A DNA stretch of 33,169 nt from an uncultured Gammaproteobacteria bacterium (GTDB taxonomy: Bacteria > Patescibacteriota > Patescibacteriia > UBA9934 > GWF2-40-263). Both the position numbers and the translations under genes were made by a program. How positions within the stretch are numbered: the stretch's first letter is position 1; each line of letters starts with the position of its first letter. The notes below the pieces were generated by a model. That model searched no databases, had not been told where the DNA came from, and saw only the letters and a program-made list of their open reading frames with translations. Below, piece after piece: positions 24,942-32,189 of the stretch. The DNA lies in NCBI GenBank assembly GCA_964360375.1, contig CAYHWG010000005.1, forward strand, positions 1 to 33,169, read 5' to 3'.

Positions 24942-26383
24942 ACAACGGATGTCTTATGAAAAAGCGTACGAAGACTTTCTACGTCATTTTTTGTGAACGA
25001 TTTTGTGACAAACAAAGAAAACGCATACACAAGAAAGGCACACGGAAGCAAAAAAATCAAAGACATTTTTGAAAGTAATGCATAGCTAAACACAAACATC
25101 ACAAACCCGCTTAATAAAATACCAACAACGCTTTTTAAAAAAATGGCATTTAAGAAAGATGGAAGAAATTTTACAACCGCAATACATTCAAGAATAATCA
25201 TGAGCGAATAACTCACTAGCGATGCGATGACGACCCCAAATAATCCAAATCGAGTAATGAGAAAGAAATCGAGCGTCACGTTGAGCAGCATGCAAATTCC
25301 AAGAATTTTCATGCGTGTTTTTTGGCGATTCGCAGCGTTTAACAATGCACCGAATGGAATTTCAAGAAAAGACGGAAATAACACAAAAATAAGTGCACGC
25401 AACAATACCGCTGACGATGCGTATCCGCTTCCGGTTAAAGAAACCAGAAAAGGTGCCATAATCCACATACCAAAAACAATAGGTGTCACCATGAGGAAAA
25501 TGTACCAAACAGAACGAGAAAACGTTTTTGTGGTGGCTTGTAAATTGTGTTCAATCGTTGAACTTAAACTTGGATAGAGCGCGGCAGACAACGCAAGCGG
25601 AAGAAATTGAAACGCATACGTAAATTTATACGCAACAGAATAAATACCGACAGCGGCTGTCGTCATAAATTTTGAGATAAAAAGGACGTCTACGTTGCTG
25701 TAAATTTTTGTAAAAATCCCTGCAAGCGCAAACGGGATCATGACATGTATTGCCTGCTTCATCGCTTTACCATCAAAAATCGGTTTCAAAATTTTTCTTC
25801 CATAAGTCCGAACAACAAAAAAACTTGCGACCAAAAGATTTGTAAAACTTCCACAGATGAGTGCAATCACAAGCCATGTAACATCCGGATTTAAGAACAA
25901 TGAAAGTCCACCAATAAGAAATGTCACACACTGTCCTATTACGATACTCATTGCCTCGTAGGTAAGAAGTTGCGATCCACGTAACACTCCGAAACATAAA
26001 AGAGCAAGCGCATCTAAAATCATGACGATCATGGTGATAAAAATCAGACGTGAAATTTCATCCGAATACTGAAAAATCACCGTGGCAAGCGAAACAATGA
26101 TGACGGCAAAACTTATGAGGATTAATTTTAACCCAATAGCACGTCGAACATATTGTTCTCGATTCTTTGGATCCTTTGCAATTTCACGTATCACGATGGA
26201 TGTGAGTCCAAGATCCGATAAAACCGAAAACATGGTGATAAATGACGTCGCCAAAAAAAAGATGCCGGTTGTTTCTGGCATCATGACGCGCGCCAAACAC
26301 AAAAAATAGACAAAAGCGATAATCTTTTGTCCAACCGAAGCAAACGTCATAAAAGCCGTATTTTTGGCGAGATGTGTTCCCAT
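24938..26383 (-). CDS. wzx: Wzx-type oligosaccharide flippase (MOP/PST family)
   Basis: 481 aa with about 12-14 TM segments. N-terminal pattern KNTAFMTFASVGQKIIAFVYFLCLAR is typical of polysaccharide-biosynthesis flippases. First gene of the glycosyltransferase cluster. Confidence 0.75.
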   Translation of the reverse strand: MGTHLAKNTAFMTFASVGQKIIAFVYFLCLARVMMPETTGIFFLATSFITMFSVLSDLGLTSIVIREIAKDPKNREQYVRRAIGLKLILISFAVIIVSLATVIFQYSDEISRLIFITMIVMILDALALLCFGVLRGSQLLTYEAMSIVIGQCVTFLIGGLSLFLNPDVTWLVIALICGSFTNLLVASFFVVRTYGRKILKPIFDGKAMKQAIHVMIPFALAGIFTKIYSNVDVLFISKFMTTAAVGIYSVAYKFTYAFQFLPLALSAALYPSLSSTIEHNLQATTKTFSRSVWYIFLMVTPIVFGMWIMAPFLVSLTGSGYASSAVLLRALIFVLFPSFLEIPFGALLNAANRQKTRMKILGICMLLNVTLDFFLITRFGLFGVVIASLVSYSLMIILECIAVVKFLPSFLNAIFLKSVVGILLSGFVMFVFSYALLSKMSLIFLLPCAFLVYAFSLFVTKSFTKNDVESLRTLFHKTSVV

Positions 26384-26392
26384 GTACGAATT

Positions 26393-26421
26393 AGAATAGC
26401 AAAAAAAAATCGTTTCGTAAA
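26393..26421 (-). promoter_or_regulatory. Candidate promoter of the wzx glycan cluster (TTTACG-17 nt-TATTCT on the minus strand)
   Basis: -35 at 26421-26416 and -10 at 26398-26393. Only 9 nt separate the -10 hexamer from the wzx ATG at 26383. The promoter overlaps the rpsI terminator T-run. Confidence 0.4.
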
Positions 26422-26449
26422 ACGAAATACCTGCGCGAGGCAGGTATTT
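26401..26449 (-). terminator. Tandem-hairpin rho-independent terminator after rpsI
   Basis: On the minus strand: AAATACCTGC-ctcgc-GCAGGTATTT (10 bp stem), then TCGTTT-tacg-AAACGA followed by T9. Confidence 0.6.
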
Positions 26450-26452
26450 TTT

Positions 26453-26857
26453 CTAACGTTTTGACCATTGTGGTGATCGACGTGCAGATTTTTTTCCGAA
26501 TTTTTTTCGCTCACGAATACGTGCGTCACGAGTCAAAAATCCTTGTTTTTTCAAAACCGTTCTGTATTCTGGATTAAAATCAACGAGAGCACGAGCGATT
26601 CCAAGACGGATACTATCTGCTTGACCAGCGGAGCCGCCACCTTTTACGACCACCATGATATCAAACATGTTTTCTGTCCCGGTTAACACAAGAGGAGCCT
26701 TTACGGCTTGGCGCAAAATTTCTGTTGGAAGATAATTTTCAAACGCACGTTTGTTTATTTGGATGGTTCCAGCACCTCCATGATGCAAACGAACTTGTGC
26801 GACCGCAGATTTGCGACGCCCAACCGCACCGATGTATTTTGTTTCGAGTTCTGTCAT
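26453..26857 (-). CDS. rpsI: 30S ribosomal protein S9
   Basis: [19 protein letters not shown] and a C-terminal ...[13 protein letters not shown]. Confidence 0.95.
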   Translation of the reverse strand: MTELETKYIGAVGRRKSAVAQVRLHHGGAGTIQINKRAFENYLPTEILRQAVKAPLVLTGTENMFDIMVVVKGGGSAGQADSIRLGIARALVDFNPEYRTVLKKQGFLTRDARIRERKKFGKKSARRSPQWSKR

Positions 26858-26858
26858 A

Positions 26859-27218
26859 TTAGTTCTTCACAACGAAACGGATTAATCGTTCTTTGCGGTG
26901 GGAATTTTTTGGAAGCATGCGGGAAACGGCTTTACGTAACACTTCTCCTGGATCCTTTGCCCACACACGACTGATCGGAGTGACACGCAATCCATTTGCA
27001 TAAGCCGTATGACGGTAGTAGGATTTTTGCTCCATTTTTTTTCCTGTTAAAACCATTTTGGAAGCGTTTAAAACATGGACATGATCACCTCCGTCCACAT
27101 TTGGGACAAAAGACGGTTTTCCTTTTCCCATCAAAAATCCGACTACCTCTGTCGCAAGGCGTCCCATACTTTTTCCAGAAGCATCGATCGTTTTTGTTTC
27201 TCGTTTGAGTGCGTTCAT
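26859..27218 (-). CDS. rplM: 50S ribosomal protein L13
   Basis: [26 protein letters not shown] prefer the start at 27218 ([13 protein letters not shown]), 1 nt after the rplQ stop. The longer ORF-track start would overlap rplQ. Confidence 0.93.
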   Translation of the reverse strand: MNALKRETKTIDASGKSMGRLATEVVGFLMGKGKPSFVPNVDGGDHVHVLNASKMVLTGKKMEQKSYYRHTAYANGLRVTPISRVWAKDPGEVLRKAVSRMLPKNSHRKERLIRFVVKN

Positions 27219-27219
27219 A

Positions 27220-27570
27220 TTAAACAAGTTCGATTTGAACCATTTCAGATCCATCTCCTTTTCGTGTTCCGATTTTTACAATACGTGTGTATCCACCTTT
27301 ACGTTCAAGATAACGAGGACCGAGCACGTCTAAAATTTTATTGACAGGAAATTCAGAGGCAAAACGCTTCAATAATTTTCGACGTGATGCAAGTGTAGAA
27401 ACTTTGCCGTCCGTAATGGAACGCTCCACAAGAGAACGAATAACTTTTGCTTTTGTGACCGTTGTTTTCACTTTTTCGTGCAAAATAATACTCGCCGCCA
27501 GGCTTCGCAGCATGGCGTTTCGTGGGGCGGTTTTTCTTCCAAGAGTTTTGACAACGTTTCTATGACGCAT
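27220..27570 (-). CDS. rplQ: 50S ribosomal protein L17
   Basis: MRHRNVVKTLGRKTAPRNAMLRSLAASII...GGYTRIVKIG. Confidence 0.93.
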   Translation of the reverse strand: MRHRNVVKTLGRKTAPRNAMLRSLAASIILHEKVKTTVTKAKVIRSLVERSITDGKVSTLASRRKLLKRFASEFPVNKILDVLGPRYLERKGGYTRIVKIGTRKGDGSEMVQIELV

Positions 27571-27577
27571 ACAACAT

Positions 27578-28288
27578 TTATTCCATGTTTCCCATCTCTG
27601 AAGGTTTCTTCAAAAGAATAGAGAAGTAATCAATTAAAACTTTTGCGGAATGTTCTACAGCTTCTTCTGGTGAAATGGTTCCATCTGTCTCGATGTTCAT
27701 GATCAGTTTGTCGTAGTTTGTGATGTCTCCAACGCGTGTATTCACCACATGATATCCGACGTTTCGAACCGGCGAAAACAATGCGTCGATGGCGATCGTG
27801 CCGAGATCATGTATTTCTCCGACACGCTCCTCAGTAGAAGCATATCCACGACCTTTTCTGACCGTGATCTCCATATCAAATGTTGCTTTTGGATCCGTAA
27901 TATTGGCAATCACCAATTCTGGATTCATGATTTCAACATCTGCGTTTGGCGTAATATCTGCGGCCGTAACGGTCTTTAACCCTGAGGCAGAAAGTTTCAA
28001 GACAACAGGCTCATCGGAAAAAACTTTGAGTCTGAGCATCTTCAAATTTAAAATCACCTCAAGAGCGTCTTCTTTCAGGTTTTCTATGGCCTGAAATTCG
28101 TGTGTGACACCTTTCATTTTGACCGCGGTCACGGCTGCTCCCGGTAAAGAAGAGAGTAGCACGCGACGAAGCGCGTTTCCAAGAGTTGTGCCGTACCCGT
28201 AAAAACAAGGTTCGACAACAAGGACGCCCTCGTTTGGTCGTTCACCTTTCTCAAATGAAATCTTTGATGGAAGAAGAATGTTCTCCAT
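27578..28288 (-). CDS. rpoA: DNA-directed RNA polymerase alpha subunit, N-terminal (assembly) domain only
   Basis: GYGTTLGNALRRVLLSSLPGAAVTAVK and the rest of the alpha-NTD are present. The product is only 236 aa and rplQ starts 7 nt after its stop. A strong SD (AAGGAGG) precedes the ATG. Confidence 0.9.
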   Translation of the reverse strand: MENILLPSKISFEKGERPNEGVLVVEPCFYGYGTTLGNALRRVLLSSLPGAAVTAVKMKGVTHEFQAIENLKEDALEVILNLKMLRLKVFSDEPVVLKLSASGLKTVTAADITPNADVEIMNPELVIANITDPKATFDMEITVRKGRGYASTEERVGEIHDLGTIAIDALFSPVRNVGYHVVNTRVGDITNYDKLIMNIETDGTISPEEAVEHSAKVLIDYFSILLKKPSEMGNME

Positions 28289-28306
28289 ACGTACCTCCTT
28301 AAAGAA

Positions 28307-28921
28307 TTATCGGGAATAAAATTCGACGATGAGTCTTGGATCAAAAACCTTTTCTACATCATCTAATTGCGGTTCGCCCGTAACTTTCCCTTTCAGAGAA
28401 GCGACGTCGCAATCAAGCCACTTTGGCACTTGAACTTGCTTATGAAATTCGGCCATCGTTTTCACGATGCCTTTTTGTTTTTTTGATTCTTTGACTGATA
28501 TTTCAGAACCAACGCGAACTTCATAAGAAGGAATATCGACAAGTGCACCGTTTACTTGAACGAATCCATGGCCAACGAGCTGACGAGCCTGCTTGCGTGT
28601 TTTTGCAAGCCCAAGTCTGTAAACAACGTTATCCAAGCGTTTTTCAAGCAATTGAATCATGAATTCAGCTGTATTGCTTTTTGATGTGGAAGCTTTTTCA
28701 AAATAGCGACGAAATTGCTTTTCTAAAAGTCCGTACACAGCTTTTGCTTTTTGTTTCTCCAAAAGCTGTTGGCCGTACGAGGAAAGACGAGGTTTTCGCA
28801 TGGCCTGTTTGGGACCATGAATACCAGGTGGGTACGGACGACGTCTAACGTATTTCTCTTTTCCAAGAGTAATTCCAAGACGTCGAGAAAGTTTTACAAT
28901 GGGAGTATTATTTTTTGCCAT
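28307..28921 (-). CDS. rpsD: 30S ribosomal protein S4
   Basis: KLSRRLGITLG...YGQQLLEKQKAKAVYGLLEKQFRRYF...an S4 RNA-binding domain. Confidence 0.95.
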   Translation of the reverse strand: MAKNNTPIVKLSRRLGITLGKEKYVRRRPYPPGIHGPKQAMRKPRLSSYGQQLLEKQKAKAVYGLLEKQFRRYFEKASTSKSNTAEFMIQLLEKRLDNVVYRLGLAKTRKQARQLVGHGFVQVNGALVDIPSYEVRVGSEISVKESKKQKGIVKTMAEFHKQVQVPKWLDCDVASLKGKVTGEPQLDDVEKVFDPRLIVEFYSR

Positions 28922-28924
28922 AAA

Positions 28925-29320
28925 CTAAACGCGTCTTGGTTTCGCAGATCGACAACCATTATGAGGAAGCGGAGTTAAATCTTTGATGGACAGAACCTGA
29001 AAACCGTTCGCATTCAATGCACGCACCGCGGCATCACGACCTGCTCCAACGCCTCGTATAAAAACATTGACTTCCTTTAAACCAATTTCTTTTACGCGAT
29101 CCGCAGCGGATTTTACTATCATTCCGGCGGCATAAGGCGTTGCTTTTTTTGGTCCTTTGAATCCACAATTTCCGGCACTAGACCATGCAAGCGTGTTTCC
29201 ATTTAAATCCGTAAGCGTAATAATTGTGTTGTTATACGTCGCTTGTACGTAAACATTGCCCTGCGAAACGGATTTCACCGCTTTCTTTTTTTTCGATTTT
29301 GACAATTTTGTTACAGCCAT
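28925..29320 (-). CDS. rpsK: 30S ribosomal protein S11
   Basis: NNTIITLTDLNGNTLAWSSAGNCGFKGPKKATPYAA...PHNGCRSAKPRRV. Confidence 0.95.
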   Translation of the reverse strand: MAVTKLSKSKKKKAVKSVSQGNVYVQATYNNTIITLTDLNGNTLAWSSAGNCGFKGPKKATPYAAGMIVKSAADRVKEIGLKEVNVFIRGVGAGRDAAVRALNANGFQVLSIKDLTPLPHNGCRSAKPRRV

Positions 29321-29322
29321 AT

Positions 29323-29709
29323 TTATGTCTTTGTCAAAGCTCTACGACCACTTCCGGTTGTTTTTCGGACGTTACCGCGAACAGTGCGTGAATTTGTTTT
29401 AGTACGTTGACCATTTACAGGGAGATGTCTTGCATGTCTTGTTCCTCGGTACGCACCGATTTCTTTTAATCGCTTTACGTTTGAGAGAACATCACGTCTA
29501 AGATCACCTTCTAGGCGTCTTCCTTTTTCAAGGATATCGCGAATATCTTTTATTTGATCCTCGGTGACATCTTTTGTAAGGATGTTGCCGGAAACGTTTG
29601 CTTGCTTCAAAATCTGCTTAGCGGTGGATGGTCCGACACCATAAACATACGTGAGAGCAATCACGATGTGTTTGTTGAGAGGGATATTAACTCCAGCAAT
29701 ACGTGCCAT
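29323..29709 (-). CDS. rpsM: 30S ribosomal protein S13
   Basis: MARIAGVNIP start at 29709. GAYRGTRHARHLPVNGQRTKTNSRT. Confidence 0.95.
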   Translation of the reverse strand: MARIAGVNIPLNKHIVIALTYVYGVGPSTAKQILKQANVSGNILTKDVTEDQIKDIRDILEKGRRLEGDLRRDVLSNVKRLKEIGAYRGTRHARHLPVNGQRTKTNSRTVRGNVRKTTGSGRRALTKT

Positions 29710-29729
29710 AGGAAAAAAATGTGACAAGG

Positions 29730-29843
29730 TTAACCCTGACGTTGTTTATGTTTAGGATTCTTACAAATAACAACCACACGGCCTTTGCGGCGTGTGACCA
29801 TACAGTCTTTGCAAATTTTTTTTGCGGATGCTCGTACTTTCAT
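29730..29843 (-). CDS. rpmJ: 50S ribosomal protein L36
   Basis: Not in the ORF track because it is below the length cutoff. My translation is [37 protein letters not shown]. Confidence 0.9.
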   Translation of the reverse strand: MKVRASAKKICKDCMVTRRKGRVVVICKNPKHKQRQG

Positions 29844-29886
29844 AATGCACAAACACCATCGAGAACATCGATGATGTAAAGTTCCG

Positions 29887-30108
29887 TTAAAAACGGTAAG
29901 TGACCCGGCCCTTTGTCAGATCATAGGGACTAATTTCAACCTTGACATCATCCCCAGGCAAAATGCGTATACGAAATTTGCGCATCTTTCCAGAAAGATA
30001 ACCAATGATGGTTTGTCCGTTTTCTAATTTAACTTTGAAATTTGCAGATGGTAGAAGTTCTTCTACCGTGCCTCGCATTTCAATAAAATCTTTTGTTTCC
30101 TGACCCAT
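29887..30108 (-). CDS. infA: Translation initiation factor IF-1
   Basis: [66 protein letters not shown] prefer the ATG at 30108 (73 aa). Confidence 0.92.
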   Translation of the reverse strand: MGQETKDFIEMRGTVEELLPSANFKVKLENGQTIIGYLSGKMRKFRIRILPGDDVKVEISPYDLTKGRVTYRF

Positions 30109-30184
30109 AGGGTGAATAGAGCCTTTGCATGCTAACAAATTTTTCTCTTATTAGCAAGGAAAAATACATTTCTGAGGCGCCGGT

Positions 30185-30213
30185 ATTTTATGTGTTTTCT
30201 TGAATCCTGTCAA
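30185..30213 (-). promoter_or_regulatory. Sigma70-like promoter of the infA-ribosomal protein-rpoA operon (TTGACA-17 nt-TAAAAT on the minus strand)
   Basis: -35 at 30213-30208 and -10 at 30190-30185, leaving a leader of about 70 nt before infA. Confidence 0.55.
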
Positions 30214-30237
30214 GAAACACCTCGTGGATAAGTATCT

Positions 30238-32139
30238 TTAGTCTAAAACGGCCTTAATGCGACGTAAACCTGTACCAATAGATTCCTCTTTTACAATGCG
30301 AAACGTTCCCATTTCACCTGTATTTAAGACATGTGGACCTCCACAAACCTCGCTTGAAAACAAGGTTCCAGTAGATACATCTCCAACGAAATACACTTTC
30401 ACCTTATCGCCCACTTCTGCATATTTATCGGCAAATAATCCAATGGCATCACGTTTTTTTGCTTCATCAAGTGTCAGCATTTCAAATGTGACAGGGAGTT
30501 TTTTATGGATAGCACCGTTTACAAGGTCTTCCGTTTGTTTGAGTTGTTCATCTGTAAGTTTTGTTTGAAAAGGAAAATCAAATCGCATGCGCTCCGGGGT
30601 GATATTACTTCCCTTTTGAACAATGGTCTCTCCAAGAATTTTTCGAAGAGCAGCATGAAGAAGATGTGTTGCGGTGTGATATTTGACACTCATCTCTGAA
30701 TGATCCGCAAGTCCGCCTTTAAATTTTTGTTCTGAGCCAGCGCGCGAGAGAGCTTGATGTTTTTCCTTTTCAACTTTGAACGTCTCAAAATCAACCGTCA
30801 TGCCACGTTCTAAAGCTAACTCTTGGGTAAGCTCAATCGGAAACCCAAATGATTGCAATAAATCAAACGCATCCATCCCAGAAATCATCTTTGTCACAGA
30901 AGAAGGATCAGCTCCGGATGATTTTACAAGCTCTTCGAATTTTTTTACTCCTTGCTGAAGAGTCATTTTAAACTTACGTTCCTCCTTTGCGAGTTGATCT
31001 AACACAGTTGCTCGCTCCTGTTCAAGTAATGGATAAGCGTCTCGATAAACATCGATAAAACAGGATCCGATCGCGGAACACACTTCCTCTTGAATGCCGA
31101 GTTGATTCGCGAATCGAACAGAGCGTCGAATCAATCGACGGACAAAATACCCCTGATCTTTGTTTGAGGGAAACACACCGTCCCCTATCAAAAATGTTGC
31201 GGCGCGAAGATGATCCACAATGACACGAAACGGATAGGCCTCCTTACTGTTCCAAACGTATTTTTTTCCAGAATGAGATTCAAGCCATGAAATAGCCGTT
31301 TGGAACACATCAATAGAAAACATATCCGGATTATCCTTGACAGCAAACGCAAGACGCTCAAGTCCGCCGCCAAAATCGACATTTTTTTGTGATAATTCAA
31401 CAAAGCCGTTTTCCGTCTTTTGATATTGCATGAAGACATTGTTGCCGATTTCTGCAAAACGCCCGCAATCACAATTCACATGACATGGATCGTTTTTCCA
31501 GTCTGATTGTTCATGCAACTGAAGACTCTCACCGAAATCCCAAAACATTTCTGAATCTGGTCCACCTGGTTCTCCGACCGGCATTCTTGAAGGAACTCCG
31601 GATCGACTCCACCAATTTTTCTTTTCATCGTAATAAAAAATTCGTCCGTTTTGCATCCCATTATTTTCTGCAAAATCAATTTCACATGCATCGATTCCAA
31701 CGGATAAAAACTGCTCTTTCCAAATCGCAACAGCTTCTTCATCACGAGCAATCAGATCATTGCCACGAAATACGGTGACATACAAACGATTAGGATCAAG
31801 ACTCAACTCTTTCGTCAAAAATTCAAACATCCAACCTATTTGTTCTTTTTTAAAATAATCTCCAAGGGACCAATTTCCAAGCATTTCAAAAAAAGTCGTA
31901 TGACGATTATCTCCGACTTCATCGATATCTTGTGAACGAAAACATCTTTGTGCATCCGTAATCCGAACACCGCGAGGATGTGCTGCTCCAAGCAAATAAG
32001 GAACCATGGGCTGCATACCAGAACCCGTAAACAGCGTTGTTGGATCATTTTCAGGAACTAAAGATGAAGACACGAGAATCGCATGTCCTCGATCAGAGAA
32101 AAACTTCAGATACCGTTCACGAATTTCCATCAAAGTCAT
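30238..32139 (-). CDS. alaS: Alanyl-tRNA synthetase, short form (catalytic + tRNA-recognition + editing domains; no C-Ala domain)
   Basis: Catalytic motifs are present (DPTTLFTGSGMQPM, RCFRSQDIDEVGDNRHTTFFEMLGNWSLGDYFK). Editing-site motifs are HTATHLLH (HxxxH) and CGGPHV (CxxxH). The product ends at ...GLRRIKAVLD after 633 aa. Confidence 0.93.
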   Translation of the reverse strand: MTLMEIRERYLKFFSDRGHAILVSSSLVPENDPTTLFTGSGMQPMVPYLLGAAHPRGVRITDAQRCFRSQDIDEVGDNRHTTFFEMLGNWSLGDYFKKEQIGWMFEFLTKELSLDPNRLYVTVFRGNDLIARDEEAVAIWKEQFLSVGIDACEIDFAENNGMQNGRIFYYDEKKNWWSRSGVPSRMPVGEPGGPDSEMFWDFGESLQLHEQSDWKNDPCHVNCDCGRFAEIGNNVFMQYQKTENGFVELSQKNVDFGGGLERLAFAVKDNPDMFSIDVFQTAISWLESHSGKKYVWNSKEAYPFRVIVDHLRAATFLIGDGVFPSNKDQGYFVRRLIRRSVRFANQLGIQEEVCSAIGSCFIDVYRDAYPLLEQERATVLDQLAKEERKFKMTLQQGVKKFEELVKSSGADPSSVTKMISGMDAFDLLQSFGFPIELTQELALERGMTVDFETFKVEKEKHQALSRAGSEQKFKGGLADHSEMSVKYHTATHLLHAALRKILGETIVQKGSNITPERMRFDFPFQTKLTDEQLKQTEDLVNGAIHKKLPVTFEMLTLDEAKKRDAIGLFADKYAEVGDKVKVYFVGDVSTGTLFSSEVCGGPHVLNTGEMGTFRIVKEESIGTGLRRIKAVLD

Positions 32140-32149
32140 ATTGACGACT

Positions 32150-32178
32150 AGTGTACAAAAAGCCTGTGTTTGCGTAAA
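32150..32178 (-). promoter_or_regulatory. Candidate promoter of alaS (TTTACG-17 nt-TACACT on the minus strand)
   Basis: -35 at 32178-32173 and -10 at 32155-32150. Only 10 nt separate the -10 hexamer from the alaS ATG at 32139. Confidence 0.45.
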
Positions 32179-32189
32179 GGTCGCTTTTA

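Noticed and set aside
30223-30231. DnaA-box-like 9-mer (TTATCCACG on the minus strand) between alaS and infA, possible origin
   Set aside because: It is a single 8/9 match with no cluster of boxes, no AT-rich unwinding element and no dnaA/dnaN nearby. One such match is expected by chance in 2 x 33 kb.
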